Below, piece after piece: positions 1 to 7,708 of a stretch of 64,000 nt of DNA (position 1 is its first letter; each line of letters opens with the position of its first letter). The notes beneath the pieces were generated by a model. The model was given only the letters and a program-made list of their open reading frames with translations. It was not told the origin of the DNA and did no database searches. This DNA comes from Candidatus Harrisonbacteria bacterium (GTDB lineage Bacteria > Patescibacteriota > Minisyncoccia > UBA6257 > 1-14-0-10-44-23): the NCBI GenBank assembly GCA_023255625.1, contig JAHFLF010000001.1, forward strand, positions 504,074 to 568,073, in the 5' to 3' direction. The position numbers and the translations under genes were made by a program.

Positions 1-400
1 TTATGTTTACAGAGAGCAGGAAAAAGAAAAGGTGATTAAAGAATTGCTCGCGCTCAAAGCTGCGGCAAAAGCTGAAAAGACAAAAGGTAAGAAAGGAGAG
101 GTTGGTGAAGAAGGTCAGGAAATTGAAGCGGGTTTGCCCGCAGAGGCCGCCTCGGCTAAAGAGGGCGAGGGCGAGATGAAGGGTATCAAAATTCAGCGCT
201 TTAAGGGTCTTGGAGAGATGAACGCTGATCAGCTTGGCGACACGACTATGAATCCGATTAACCGCCGATTGAAAAAAATCACTGTTGCCGATACAAAAGA
301 GGCAGATCATTTGTTTGATGTGCTGATGGGCGCCGATGTCCCGCCGCGTGCGAAATTTATTCAGTCTCACGCCCAGTATGTGAAGAATTTGGATATTTAG
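1..400 (+). CDS. gyrB: DNA gyrase subunit B, C-terminal fragment (5' part lies upstream of window)
   Basis: The open frame runs in from the window edge. The tail ...[20 protein letters not shown]...[25 protein letters not shown] is the conserved GyrB C-terminus. Confidence 0.85.
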   Translation, partial: YVYREQEKEKVIKELLALKAAAKAEKTKGKKGEVGEEGQEIEAGLPAEAASAKEGEGEMKGIKIQRFKGLGEMNADQLGDTTMNPINRRLKKITVADTKEADHLFDVLMGADVPPRAKFIQSHAQYVKNLDI

Positions 401-407
401 AAATGGT

Positions 408-443
408 GAGAGGGCGGCGCGACGCGTGTCACGCTGCCCTCTC
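408..443. terminator. GC hairpin (GAGAGGGC...GCCCTCTC) between convergent gyrB and 429..713(-) gene; possible bidirectional terminator
   Basis: 8-bp GC stem seen directly; no clean U-run. Confidence 0.3.
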
Positions 444-713
444 TTGCGCTGCGGCCTCTGCTTCGGCCCGTTCGTCTTCGCGCTCGTCGAACTCCTCGTC
501 GTCATCTTCCCAGTGAGGGTGGTCACATTCGATGTGTTGTTTCCAAACCTGCAGTCTACGACCGTAGATCCAGACCTCCGCCTTGTATTCCTCACCTGGG
601 CTGATTCCGTACGGACAGTTGCAACAGTGGTGTTCTTCCTGCGCGATCCTGCAATAGGATCTAAGCAGGCGCTGTCGTGGCCTGCTGCGTTTGAGCTTGA
701 GAAGCTTAGGCAT
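429..713 (-). CDS. Small Cys/His-rich, acidic-tailed hypothetical protein, encoded in a GC-rich segment
   Basis: 94-aa ORF with AGGAGG 4 nt upstream of ATG on the minus strand; CCNCPYG / C..H.HW motifs; local GC is clearly higher than the flanks. Preferred over the overlapping plus-strand ORF 426..770, which has no RBS and a low-complexity translation. Confidence 0.5.
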   Translation of the reverse strand: MPKLLKLKRSRPRQRLLRSYCRIAQEEHHCCNCPYGISPGEEYKAEVWIYGRRLQVWKQHIECDHPHWEDDDEEFDEREDERAEAEAAAQERAA

Positions 714-862
714 ACGCCTCCTTTCGGGGTCATGGTACTAGTTTTCAGGACTTTTGACAATTCTGAATAGCTCATATATAATGCTTGTAATGAGCTGCGG
801 ACGGGAACCCGCAGTTTTTTAGAACCTTTTTGATTCATTCGTATATTACATCTCTAATTCGT

Positions 863-878
863 TCCGCCAGCTGGCGGA
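863..878. promoter_or_regulatory. Perfect 16-nt palindrome TCCGCCAGCTGGCGGA 15 nt upstream of secE start
   Basis: Seen directly; a near-identical inverted copy (TCCGCCGGCTGGCGGA) lies upstream of gatB at 5126..5141. Confidence 0.4.
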
Positions 879-892
879 TTCGGGAATACTCT

Positions 893-1072
893 ATGAATAA
901 AATCGCAGCATATTTTGCCGGTGCGCAGCAGGAATTTAAACTGATTAAGTGGCCGACATTTGCCGAAACCAGAAAGTTGACTATCGTGGTTATTGCGCTT
1001 TCTGTTCTTTTGGCCGTGTTTCTGGGCATCTTTGATTATTTGTTTACTTGGGGTCTTACAAGATTGATTTAG
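893..1072 (+). CDS. secE: Preprotein translocase subunit SecE
   Basis: 59-aa product MNKIAAYFAGAQQEFKLIKWPTF...one TM; SecE signature (E..KV.WP) and position immediately upstream of nusG. Internal Met chosen over the ORF-track start at 830. Confidence 0.8.
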   Translation: MNKIAAYFAGAQQEFKLIKWPTFAETRKLTIVVIALSVLLAVFLGIFDYLFTWGLTRLI

Positions 1073-1078
1073 AATCAT

Positions 1079-1645
1079 ATGGTTGCGGCAAACGACGAAA
1101 AACAAAAAATAAAAGCAGCTCCGCGGCACTGGTATGCGGTGCACACTTACTCTGGCTACGAAGACGCTGTGGCGCGTTATTTAAAGCAGCGCGTTGATTC
1201 GCTGGAAATGAGCGACAAGATTTTTAACATTACAGTGCCGCGCGAGAAAAAGATCAAGATAACTAATGGCCGGCGTAAAGAAATCGAAGAGAAAATTTAT
1301 CCGGGATATGTACTGGTGGACATGATTCTGACCGATGATTCCTGGTATGTTGTCCGTAACACGCCGCGCGTGACCGGTTTCGTCGGAAGCGACAGCACGA
1401 CGCCTACGCCGCTTAGTCAGCCAGAGGTAGATGCGCTAACCGCAAAGATGAGCGGTGGCCAGAAAAAGTTCACTGTTGACCTTAAGATCGGTGACATGGT
1501 CAAGATTACCGACGGTCCATTTAAGGACTATGACGGCAAGGTCAGCCAGGTGGATGAAAAGAGCGGCATGATCAAGGTGATTATCGCCATCTTCGGCCGC
1601 GATACGGTCATGGAGTTAGATTCGCTACAAGTGCAGAAGATGTAG
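1079..1645 (+). CDS. nusG: Transcription termination/antitermination factor NusG
   Basis: N-terminal NGN domain (WY.V.T.SG.E..V) and C-terminal KOW motif (GD.V.I..GPF.D..G.V); secE-nusG-rplK synteny. Confidence 0.9.
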   Translation: MVAANDEKQKIKAAPRHWYAVHTYSGYEDAVARYLKQRVDSLEMSDKIFNITVPREKKIKITNGRRKEIEEKIYPGYVLVDMILTDDSWYVVRNTPRVTGFVGSDSTTPTPLSQPEVDALTAKMSGGQKKFTVDLKIGDMVKITDGPFKDYDGKVSQVDEKSGMIKVIIAIFGRDTVMELDSLQVQKM

Positions 1646-1690
1646 CGAGTCAGTTATCAAGTTGTAAAGTTCATCAAGTTTATCAAGTCA

Positions 1691-2038
1691 ATGCCAGCGA
1701 TTGTTCGATTTGAAGATATTATTGCTTGGCAACGGGCCCAAGAATTTGCAGTTGTTGTTTACGATTTATTTAGAGCTAATAAGGATTATAGTTTTAAAGA
1801 TCAGATTGATCGGGCAGTGATCAGTATCTCAAATAATATTGCCGAAGGATATGAGCGTAGAAGTAATAATGAATTTAGGCAATTTCTGTATATTGCGAAG
1901 GGTTCTTGCGGCGAGGCGCGTTCAATGCTTTATATTGCAAAACGATTAGGGTATGCGAGTCAAAGTCAATTTGATAAACTGCAAGATGAGGGTATGCAAA
2001 TTTCAAAAATGCTCTCGGGCTTGATTAAAACACTGTAA
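1691..2038 (+). CDS. Four-helix-bundle protein (TIGR02436 / '23S rRNA intervening-sequence protein' family; Avd-like fold)
   Basis: 115 aa; the pattern AWQ.A..L...VY..F....+...Q..RA.+SI..NIAEG..R.S..EF.QFL.IA.GS..E....L.IA..LGY matches that family. Confidence 0.6.
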   Translation: MPAIVRFEDIIAWQRAQEFAVVVYDLFRANKDYSFKDQIDRAVISISNNIAEGYERRSNNEFRQFLYIAKGSCGEARSMLYIAKRLGYASQSQFDKLQDEGMQISKMLSGLIKTL

Positions 2039-2090
2039 TTCTGTATGCTTGATAAACTTTAGAACTTGATAAACTTGATGAACTAAATCC

Positions 2091-2519
2091 ATGGCATCCA
2101 AACCCGTAAAAGCCGTTGTAAAATTGCAAATCGAGGCCGGTAAGGCCAACCCGGCGCCGCCAATTGGTACTGCGCTCGGCCCGCAGGGTATTAATATCAT
2201 GAATTTTTGCAAGGAGTTTAACGCCGCCACGGCCAAGATGGCTGGCGATGTTATCCCGGCCGTGATCACTATTTACGAGGATCGCAGTTTTAGCTTTATC
2301 ATGAAGACCCCGCCGGCTTCTTCGCTTTTAAAAAAGGCCGCAGGAATTGAGAAGGGGGCTGGTAACCCATTATTGAATAAAGTTGGCAAGGTAACGAAAG
2401 CCGATGTGCGTAAGATTGCCGAGCAGAAGTTGGCAGATTTGAATACGACTGACATTGAAAAGGCCATGAAGACGGTTATGGGTACGGCGCGCAACATGGG
2501 GATTGAAATTGAGGGATAA
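2091..2519 (+). CDS. rplK: 50S ribosomal protein L11
   Basis: Highly conserved L11 sequence (KLQI.AG.ANPAPP.G.ALG..G.NIM.FCK.FNA.T...G..IPV.IT.Y.DRSF.F). Confidence 0.95.
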   Translation: MASKPVKAVVKLQIEAGKANPAPPIGTALGPQGINIMNFCKEFNAATAKMAGDVIPAVITIYEDRSFSFIMKTPPASSLLKKAAGIEKGAGNPLLNKVGKVTKADVRKIAEQKLADLNTTDIEKAMKTVMGTARNMGIEIEG

Positions 2520-2523
2520 GATT

Positions 2524-2580
2524 TCCGCGCCCTGCTTATTTCGCGAGAACTGGACTCACATTCTCGCGATAACAAGCAGG
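2524..2580. other. Long imperfect hairpin (arms of about 24 nt) immediately after the rplK stop; not a canonical terminator because no U-run follows
   Basis: CGCGCCCTGCTTATTTCGCGAGA ... TCTCGCGATAACAAGCAGGGCGCG seen directly. Confidence 0.4.
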
Positions 2581-2716
2581 GCGCGAAAGCACAGCAAGTT
2601 ATATGAAGATAATGATTTCAAAAATAATGGCGATGCGTATGCAAAACTCAAGATTGCTTGAGGGCATTTGTCATTGCTTGTTTCAGTAAACTTTTTACGA
2701 AATGAACACTGTCAAA

Positions 2717-2747
2717 CGACCTCAAGCGAGGTCGTTTTGATTTTATT
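2717..2747 (+). terminator. Rho-independent terminator (CGACCTCAAGCGAGGTCG + T-run)
   Basis: Perfect 7-bp stem followed by TTTTGATTTTATTT. Confidence 0.6.
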
Positions 2748-2769
2748 TGGCTAACTGAACTAAAAAATT

Positions 2770-3609
2770 ATGAAAATAAAAAATGTACACATCTCGATAG
2801 TTACTGATTGCGGCCGGTCTGATGCTTTGCGCTATGAAATAGGCGCGGCAGCATGTTTTGCTGATGCGCGGTTTAGCATGGGATTCTTTGAAACCGAGAG
2901 CTTTAATACTCTACATGCCGGGTTTGTCGCCGGATCGCATGCTTACGCACCGATTGAGTATTTTTCAGATATTGCGCCACGGATGCAGTTTGGCATTTTG
3001 GTTAATGCGGCTCCAGGCGCAGCGGAGGGGCAGAAGCTGCGCGGTTTAGATAATAAAAGCGATGGTGGGCAAATCTATGCACTGGAACTTAAAAATGGTG
3101 TCTGTGTTGTTGGACCCAATGTTGGCTATAATTTATATTTTTTTCGCGATTTGATCGCGCGCTCTTTCCTTGTAACCGTGTCAAAGAATTCAGACACGCC
3201 GTATCGTTCTCTAGAAATCATGTTGCCGGCGCTTGCGCAGGTTATGGGTGTCAGGAATTTCCCTGGTTTTACGCTCACGCCTAAGAAACTTGATTTGCCC
3301 GAGGTGCAAAATGGGATATATGTTGGCGATAGCGATAGCCACGGCAATATCTATCTGGCTTCGATTGGTCAGGAGCAGGGATTTGTGCCGCGTGTTGGCG
3401 AGGTATTTACAGTGCAAATTGGCGATAAAAGTATCAAGGCGCGGTACACTGATCAATTTTTCGCTGCTCGCGCTGGCGAGTTTACGCTGACAACTGGCAG
3501 TCTTACGCTGGCCGGTAATCCGGTATATTATCTAATACAAATGGGCGGCAGCGCTTCGAATTTTTTCGGCAATCCTGCCGTTGGAACAAAGATTTTAGTT
3601 CAAAAATAA
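2770..3609 (+). CDS. SAM hydroxide adenosyltransferase-like protein (DUF62 / SalL-FlA fold), tentative
   Basis: 279 aa with a two-domain layout; a C-terminal beta-domain pattern (GNIYLASIG...G.V.RVGEVFTV.IGD) resembles DUF62 proteins. Called from memory of the motifs only. Confidence 0.45.
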   Translation: MKIKNVHISIVTDCGRSDALRYEIGAAACFADARFSMGFFETESFNTLHAGFVAGSHAYAPIEYFSDIAPRMQFGILVNAAPGAAEGQKLRGLDNKSDGGQIYALELKNGVCVVGPNVGYNLYFFRDLIARSFLVTVSKNSDTPYRSLEIMLPALAQVMGVRNFPGFTLTPKKLDLPEVQNGIYVGDSDSHGNIYLASIGQEQGFVPRVGEVFTVQIGDKSIKARYTDQFFAARAGEFTLTTGSLTLAGNPVYYLIQMGGSASNFFGNPAVGTKILVQK

Positions 3610-3610
3610 T

Positions 3611-4285
3611 ATGAAAAATTTATCATTTAGCGTTACTAAGGAGGTGCTTGATTTGGGCGTAAAAATTATTACCGCGCGGATTACAGGAGTTAAAAATATT
3701 GAATCAGATGCTGCTTTTGATTTATACAAAAATGCAGAGTTAGAAAAAGTAAAACAGGAGTGGGCCGGCAAAACATACAAAGATGATCCGGTGCTTGGTG
3801 GTTTTCGGGATCTGCATACTAAGGTTGGCAGGAGTAATCGTGAGTATGTTGCCTCGCCGGAAGCACTGCGGCGTTCGTTCTTAGAGCGCGACCGATTTCC
3901 GCACATCAACACCGTCGTAGATATATACAATTTAGTTTCGCTAAAGACAGGGTTGGCTTTGGGCGCACACGACATTGATAAGGTACAGGGAAATATCACG
4001 CTCCGGCTTACAAAAGGTGATGAAAAGTTTATGCCGCTTGGCAAGAGTGAGCCGGTTGCAGTTTTTCCTGGAGAGTATGGATATGTTGACGACGGCAATA
4101 GTGTCATCTGTCGCCTGGAGGTTTTACAAGTCGAGCCGACAAAAATTACTCCTGCTACAAATGATATTTTTCTGATCATTGAAGGCAACGCAAATACTGC
4201 AGCAGAATATGTAAAGCAAGTTGCGGATGAAGTTTGTGAATTAATAGTAAAATTTTGCGGCGGGAAGGTATTATTCCTTATTTGA
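3611..4285 (+). CDS. B3/B4 tRNA-binding domain protein
   Basis: HINTVVDIYNLVSLKTGLALGAHDIDKV.G.ITLRL resembles the B3/B4 domain (PheT-like). Confidence 0.5.
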   Translation: MKNLSFSVTKEVLDLGVKIITARITGVKNIESDAAFDLYKNAELEKVKQEWAGKTYKDDPVLGGFRDLHTKVGRSNREYVASPEALRRSFLERDRFPHINTVVDIYNLVSLKTGLALGAHDIDKVQGNITLRLTKGDEKFMPLGKSEPVAVFPGEYGYVDDGNSVICRLEVLQVEPTKITPATNDIFLIIEGNANTAAEYVKQVADEVCELIVKFCGGKVLFLI

Positions 4286-4410
4286 TTCAGGATGAAGTTC
4301 TTTTATTTTACATCAATCTTCCTTCAGTGCTTATTCGCACGAATAAGCACTGAAGGGCAGAGATTATTTTGAATTTGGGGAATTTCATGGACATTGGTAG
4401 AATAAGAGGC

Positions 4411-5106
4411 ATGGCAAAAGGTAAATTTATTGTAATTGAGGGTACGGACGGGAGCGGCAAGGCCACACAGACGAAGATGCTTGCTGACCGACTTACTGCC
4501 GAGGGATACCCGGTTGAGATGTTTGATTTTCCGCAGTATTTCAAGAGTTCGTCGGATTTTGTAAAAGCGTATCTGCAAGGCAGGTATGGCAGTATTAAAG
4601 AGGTCAGCGCGCAGAAGGCTTCGCTGCTGTACGCGCTCGACCGCTTCGAGGCGGCGCCAGATATTCGCGCCGCTCTTAATGCGGGCAAAATTGTTTTGGC
4701 AAATCGGTATGTGGCCAGTAATATGGGGCATCAAGGCGCAAAAATTAAACTTGCTGATGACAGGATGCGTTTCTTTTTATGGGTGCAGGATCTTGAGTTT
4801 AAAATTTTAGAGATTCCAAAGCCGGATTTAAATATTGTGCTGCATGTGCCGGCAAAGATTGCGCAGCAGCTCGTTGATCAAAAGACAGGCGCCGAGCGGG
4901 TCTATACGAAAGGGAAGTCGCGGGATTTGCACGAGGATAATTTGCAGCATTTAAAACGCGCTGAGCAGGTGTATCTGGAGCTGGCACGGCTTTTCCCCCG
5001 ACAGTTTACGCTTTTAGAGTGTTCTGACGGCAAACGGCTCAAGCCAATAGATCAGGTGGCCGAGCAGATTTGGACGCTCGTCAAAAAGAAAGTAGGATTA
5101 AAGTGA
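4411..5106 (+). CDS. tmk: Thymidylate kinase
   Basis: P-loop FIVIEGTDGSGKATQ and overall dTMP-kinase length; start placed at the Met preceded by AAGAGG. Confidence 0.85.
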   Translation: MAKGKFIVIEGTDGSGKATQTKMLADRLTAEGYPVEMFDFPQYFKSSSDFVKAYLQGRYGSIKEVSAQKASLLYALDRFEAAPDIRAALNAGKIVLANRYVASNMGHQGAKIKLADDRMRFFLWVQDLEFKILEIPKPDLNIVLHVPAKIAQQLVDQKTGAERVYTKGKSRDLHEDNLQHLKRAEQVYLELARLFPRQFTLLECSDGKRLKPIDQVAEQIWTLVKKKVGLK

Positions 5107-5125
5107 GCTACGAATAACGAATCAA

Positions 5126-5141
5126 TCCGCCGGCTGGCGGA
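5126..5141. promoter_or_regulatory. Palindrome TCCGCCGGCTGGCGGA 17 nt upstream of gatB start (inverted near-copy of 863..878)
   Basis: Seen directly. Confidence 0.4.
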
Positions 5142-5158
5142 ACGAAAGTACGAATAAG

Positions 5159-6634
5159 ATGAAAACCTACATTCCAGTCATCGGATTAGAAATACATGCG
5201 GAACTGAAGACGAAGACGAAGATGTTCTGCGGGTGTCTTAATGATCCGAATGAAACTAGGCCAAATATAAATATTTGCCCGGTCTGCATGGGCCATCCGG
5301 GTACACTGCCCGTTGCCAACAAGGCGGCGATTGAGCAGATGATTAAAATCGGCATGGCGGTTGGTGGCGAGATCCCGGCGACCTCCAAGTTTGATCGCAA
5401 GAATTATTTTTATCCGGATATTCCTAAAGGGTATCAAATTACGCAGTACGATGTGCCGTTTGTGTTCGGTGGTAATTTGAAGGGGGTGCAACTAACGCGA
5501 GTGCATTTGGAAGAGGATACCGCAAGTTCAATCCATCAGAAGGATGCGACCGGTAATGAGGTCTCGCTTATTGACTTCAACCGTGCCGGCGTGCCGCTCA
5601 TGGAGCTTGTTACCGAACCCTGTATTCGTGAAGTAAAGCAGATTGGGGAGTTTGGCCGCGAGCTACAACTGCTGCTGCGCTATCTTGGTGTCTCTGACGC
5701 GGATATGGAAAAAGGCCAGATGCGCGTGGAAGTAAATTTGTCGCTTGGCACTATAGTAGACGGCGAATTAAAGTTTGGTACAAAGGTGGAGGTAAAAAAT
5801 ATTGGCTCGTTTAACATGGCGGAGCGCGCGGCGGAGTATGAGATTAAACGACAGCGGGAGATTTTAGAAAAAGGCGGGGTGATTGACCAGGAGACGCGCG
5901 GGTGGAATGACCCCGGCCAAAAAACCGTGAGCCAGCGTAAAAAAGAATCCTCACACGATTATCGATATTTTCCGGAGCCGGACATCCCGCCGATTGATCT
6001 GGCGAAATTCGATTTGCGTAAGCTCAAGGCGGAACTGCCAGAATTGCCGGCACAAAAAAGGGTGCGGTTTGCGGATGAATACGGCTTAACGGCCGGCCAG
6101 GTTGAGGTGCTTGTGTTTGACCGCCCCTTGGCAGGATATTTTGAAGAAGTGGTTTCTGAACTGAAGACAGAAGTAGACGAGTCGCGAGTGGCGAGTCGCG
6201 AGTGGAAGAAGATGGTCCAACTAGCGGTGAACTATCTGACCAGTGATTTGAAAGGACTAATGATTTCGGCTGGCATTGATGATCCGGCGAAAACTAAAGT
6301 AACCGCAGAGAACTTAGCGGATTTAATTATTCTAGCGGCGGACGATAAGATCGGTAGCCGAGTGGCCAAGGATGTGCTCAAAAAAATGTTTGAAAGCGGC
6401 GGAGATCCGAATGTGATTATTAAAGAGCAGGGGCTGGAGCAGGTTTCCGATGAGGCCTTGCTCATCCCGGTTTGCCAGCAGCTGATTGATGCTAATCCCG
6501 GTCCGGCGGCTGACTTCAAAGAGGGCAAAGAGGCGGCACTTCAATTTTTCATCGGACGGGCCATGGGTGCACTAAAAGGAAAAGGGAATCCGGCTGTTTT
6601 ACAGAAACTATTTAGAGAATTATTGACTAAATGA
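5159..6634 (+). CDS. gatB: Asp-tRNA(Asn)/Glu-tRNA(Gln) amidotransferase subunit B
   Basis: N-terminus IGLEIHAEL.T..K+FCGC.....PN.N.CPVC.G.PG.LPV.N and C-terminal GatB/YqeY domain. It also contains a 14-nt perfect tandem duplication at 6178..6205. Confidence 0.9.
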   Translation: MKTYIPVIGLEIHAELKTKTKMFCGCLNDPNETRPNINICPVCMGHPGTLPVANKAAIEQMIKIGMAVGGEIPATSKFDRKNYFYPDIPKGYQITQYDVPFVFGGNLKGVQLTRVHLEEDTASSIHQKDATGNEVSLIDFNRAGVPLMELVTEPCIREVKQIGEFGRELQLLLRYLGVSDADMEKGQMRVEVNLSLGTIVDGELKFGTKVEVKNIGSFNMAERAAEYEIKRQREILEKGGVIDQETRGWNDPGQKTVSQRKKESSHDYRYFPEPDIPPIDLAKFDLRKLKAELPELPAQKRVRFADEYGLTAGQVEVLVFDRPLAGYFEEVVSELKTEVDESRVASREWKKMVQLAVNYLTSDLKGLMISAGIDDPAKTKVTAENLADLIILAADDKIGSRVAKDVLKKMFESGGDPNVIIKEQGLEQVSDEALLIPVCQQLIDANPGPAADFKEGKEAALQFFIGRAMGALKGKGNPAVLQKLFRELLTK

Positions 6635-6635
6635 T

Positions 6636-7244
6636 ATGAAAAAAGGAATTGTGCTTATCTCCAGTCTTGGCGTTATCATCATCGCGCTCCTCTGCGTCCT
6701 TTTGTTTGTCCCAGCAAAGAATGCTGGCGCTCCCGCCCCTGTAATCGGTGAAACCTATCTTAATAACGCATTTGATTTTTCATTGGTGTATCCGAAGGAG
6801 GCAACTGTGTATGAGGGGGATCCTCATGGGTTATATCTTGAGCCGGAAACCAGTAACGCCACAACGGCGGTTGCGATCGTTTTCCCTCGCGTTGACACAT
6901 TTTCAGAGAATGGGAGCCATGGATATTATGAATTTCGTGTTCATGTAGCTATTGCACCGATGAATACCTGCGAAACAAAAGATTCCGCCAATACCGGTGA
7001 ACACTTTGTTCAATTCGAGAATCTTAATGGGATAACATTCGCTGTTTTCGCAGGCGGCGGCGCTGCTGCCGGCAACCGGGTTTTATATACTCGCTATGGA
7101 ATATGTCGAGGGCCTATTCTTTTTTCAGTCTACGACATCTTAGCATCAGGCAGCGACGGCACACCGCTGACACCAAAGTTGGAGGCCGATATTGCAGCAG
7201 GAAAGATCCGCAATGAGCAGATCGTTAGAAGTTTTCAGTTCTAG
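6636..7244 (+). CDS. Membrane-anchored secreted hypothetical protein
   Basis: N-terminal TM/signal anchor; no recognisable domain. Confidence 0.45.
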   Translation: MKKGIVLISSLGVIIIALLCVLLFVPAKNAGAPAPVIGETYLNNAFDFSLVYPKEATVYEGDPHGLYLEPETSNATTAVAIVFPRVDTFSENGSHGYYEFRVHVAIAPMNTCETKDSANTGEHFVQFENLNGITFAVFAGGGAAAGNRVLYTRYGICRGPILFSVYDILASGSDGTPLTPKLEADIAAGKIRNEQIVRSFQF

Positions 7245-7279
7245 AAGGTTTGTGCGGTCGTGTTCTCTTGCATGATTGA

Positions 7280-7483
7280 TTGAAAATGCGCTACGCTCCT
7301 TGTATGTCTGCAAGAAATACTGTCCTGGCGTATGGTATCAGCACCGCTAATTTAGGCCGTTTTTTGGTCTATCGCCGACTGTGGCTTTTAATGCCGCTTA
7401 TCGCTCTTTTACTGGTATTTTTTGTCATCATTATTCTGGGTAGCACGACGCCGCTTGGGCCATTTATTTACACTATTTTTTAG
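7280..7483 (+). CDS. DUF5989-like small membrane protein
   Basis: 67 aa, one TM, C-terminal ...PFIYTIF resembles the DUF5989 family that accompanies carbamoyltransferases. Confidence 0.45.
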   Translation: MKMRYAPCMSARNTVLAYGISTANLGRFLVYRRLWLLMPLIALLLVFFVIIILGSTTPLGPFIYTIF

Positions 7484-7489
7484 TTTGTT

Positions 7490-7708
7490 ATGTGGGCTAA
7501 GATTTCAGCGGCATTCAAAAAATTTGGGTTAGTTGTCGGCTCTATAATTTCGACTGTTTTTTTGATCGTTTTTTACTACACTATTTTTGGGATTTACGCG
7601 ATTTTGGTGGGCGGGATCCGTTCTTTTGAGAAACCGGTGCGCGGCACTATTTGGCATTCAGCCGAGGTTGCTAAATATTCATTAAAAGATTTTGTCCGCG
7701 AATTTTAG
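7490..7708 (+). CDS. SxtJ-like small membrane protein
   Basis: 72 aa, one TM, immediately upstream of the carbamoyltransferase (typical SxtJ/SxtK-like arrangement). Confidence 0.45.
   Translation: MWAKISAAFKKFGLVVGSIISTVFLIVFYYTIFGIYAILVGGIRSFEKPVRGTIWHSAEVAKYSLKDFVREF

Noticed and set aside
426-770. Plus-strand 114-aa ORF overlapping the minus-strand 94-aa ORF
   Set aside because: No RBS and a hydrophobic low-complexity translation. The minus-strand frame has a perfect AGGAGG and structured Cys/His motifs.
1691-2038. Diversity-generating retroelement (Avd-like four-helix-bundle protein present)
   Set aside because: No reverse transcriptase and no template/variable repeat pair in the vicinity. 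TIGR02436 proteins also occur alone.
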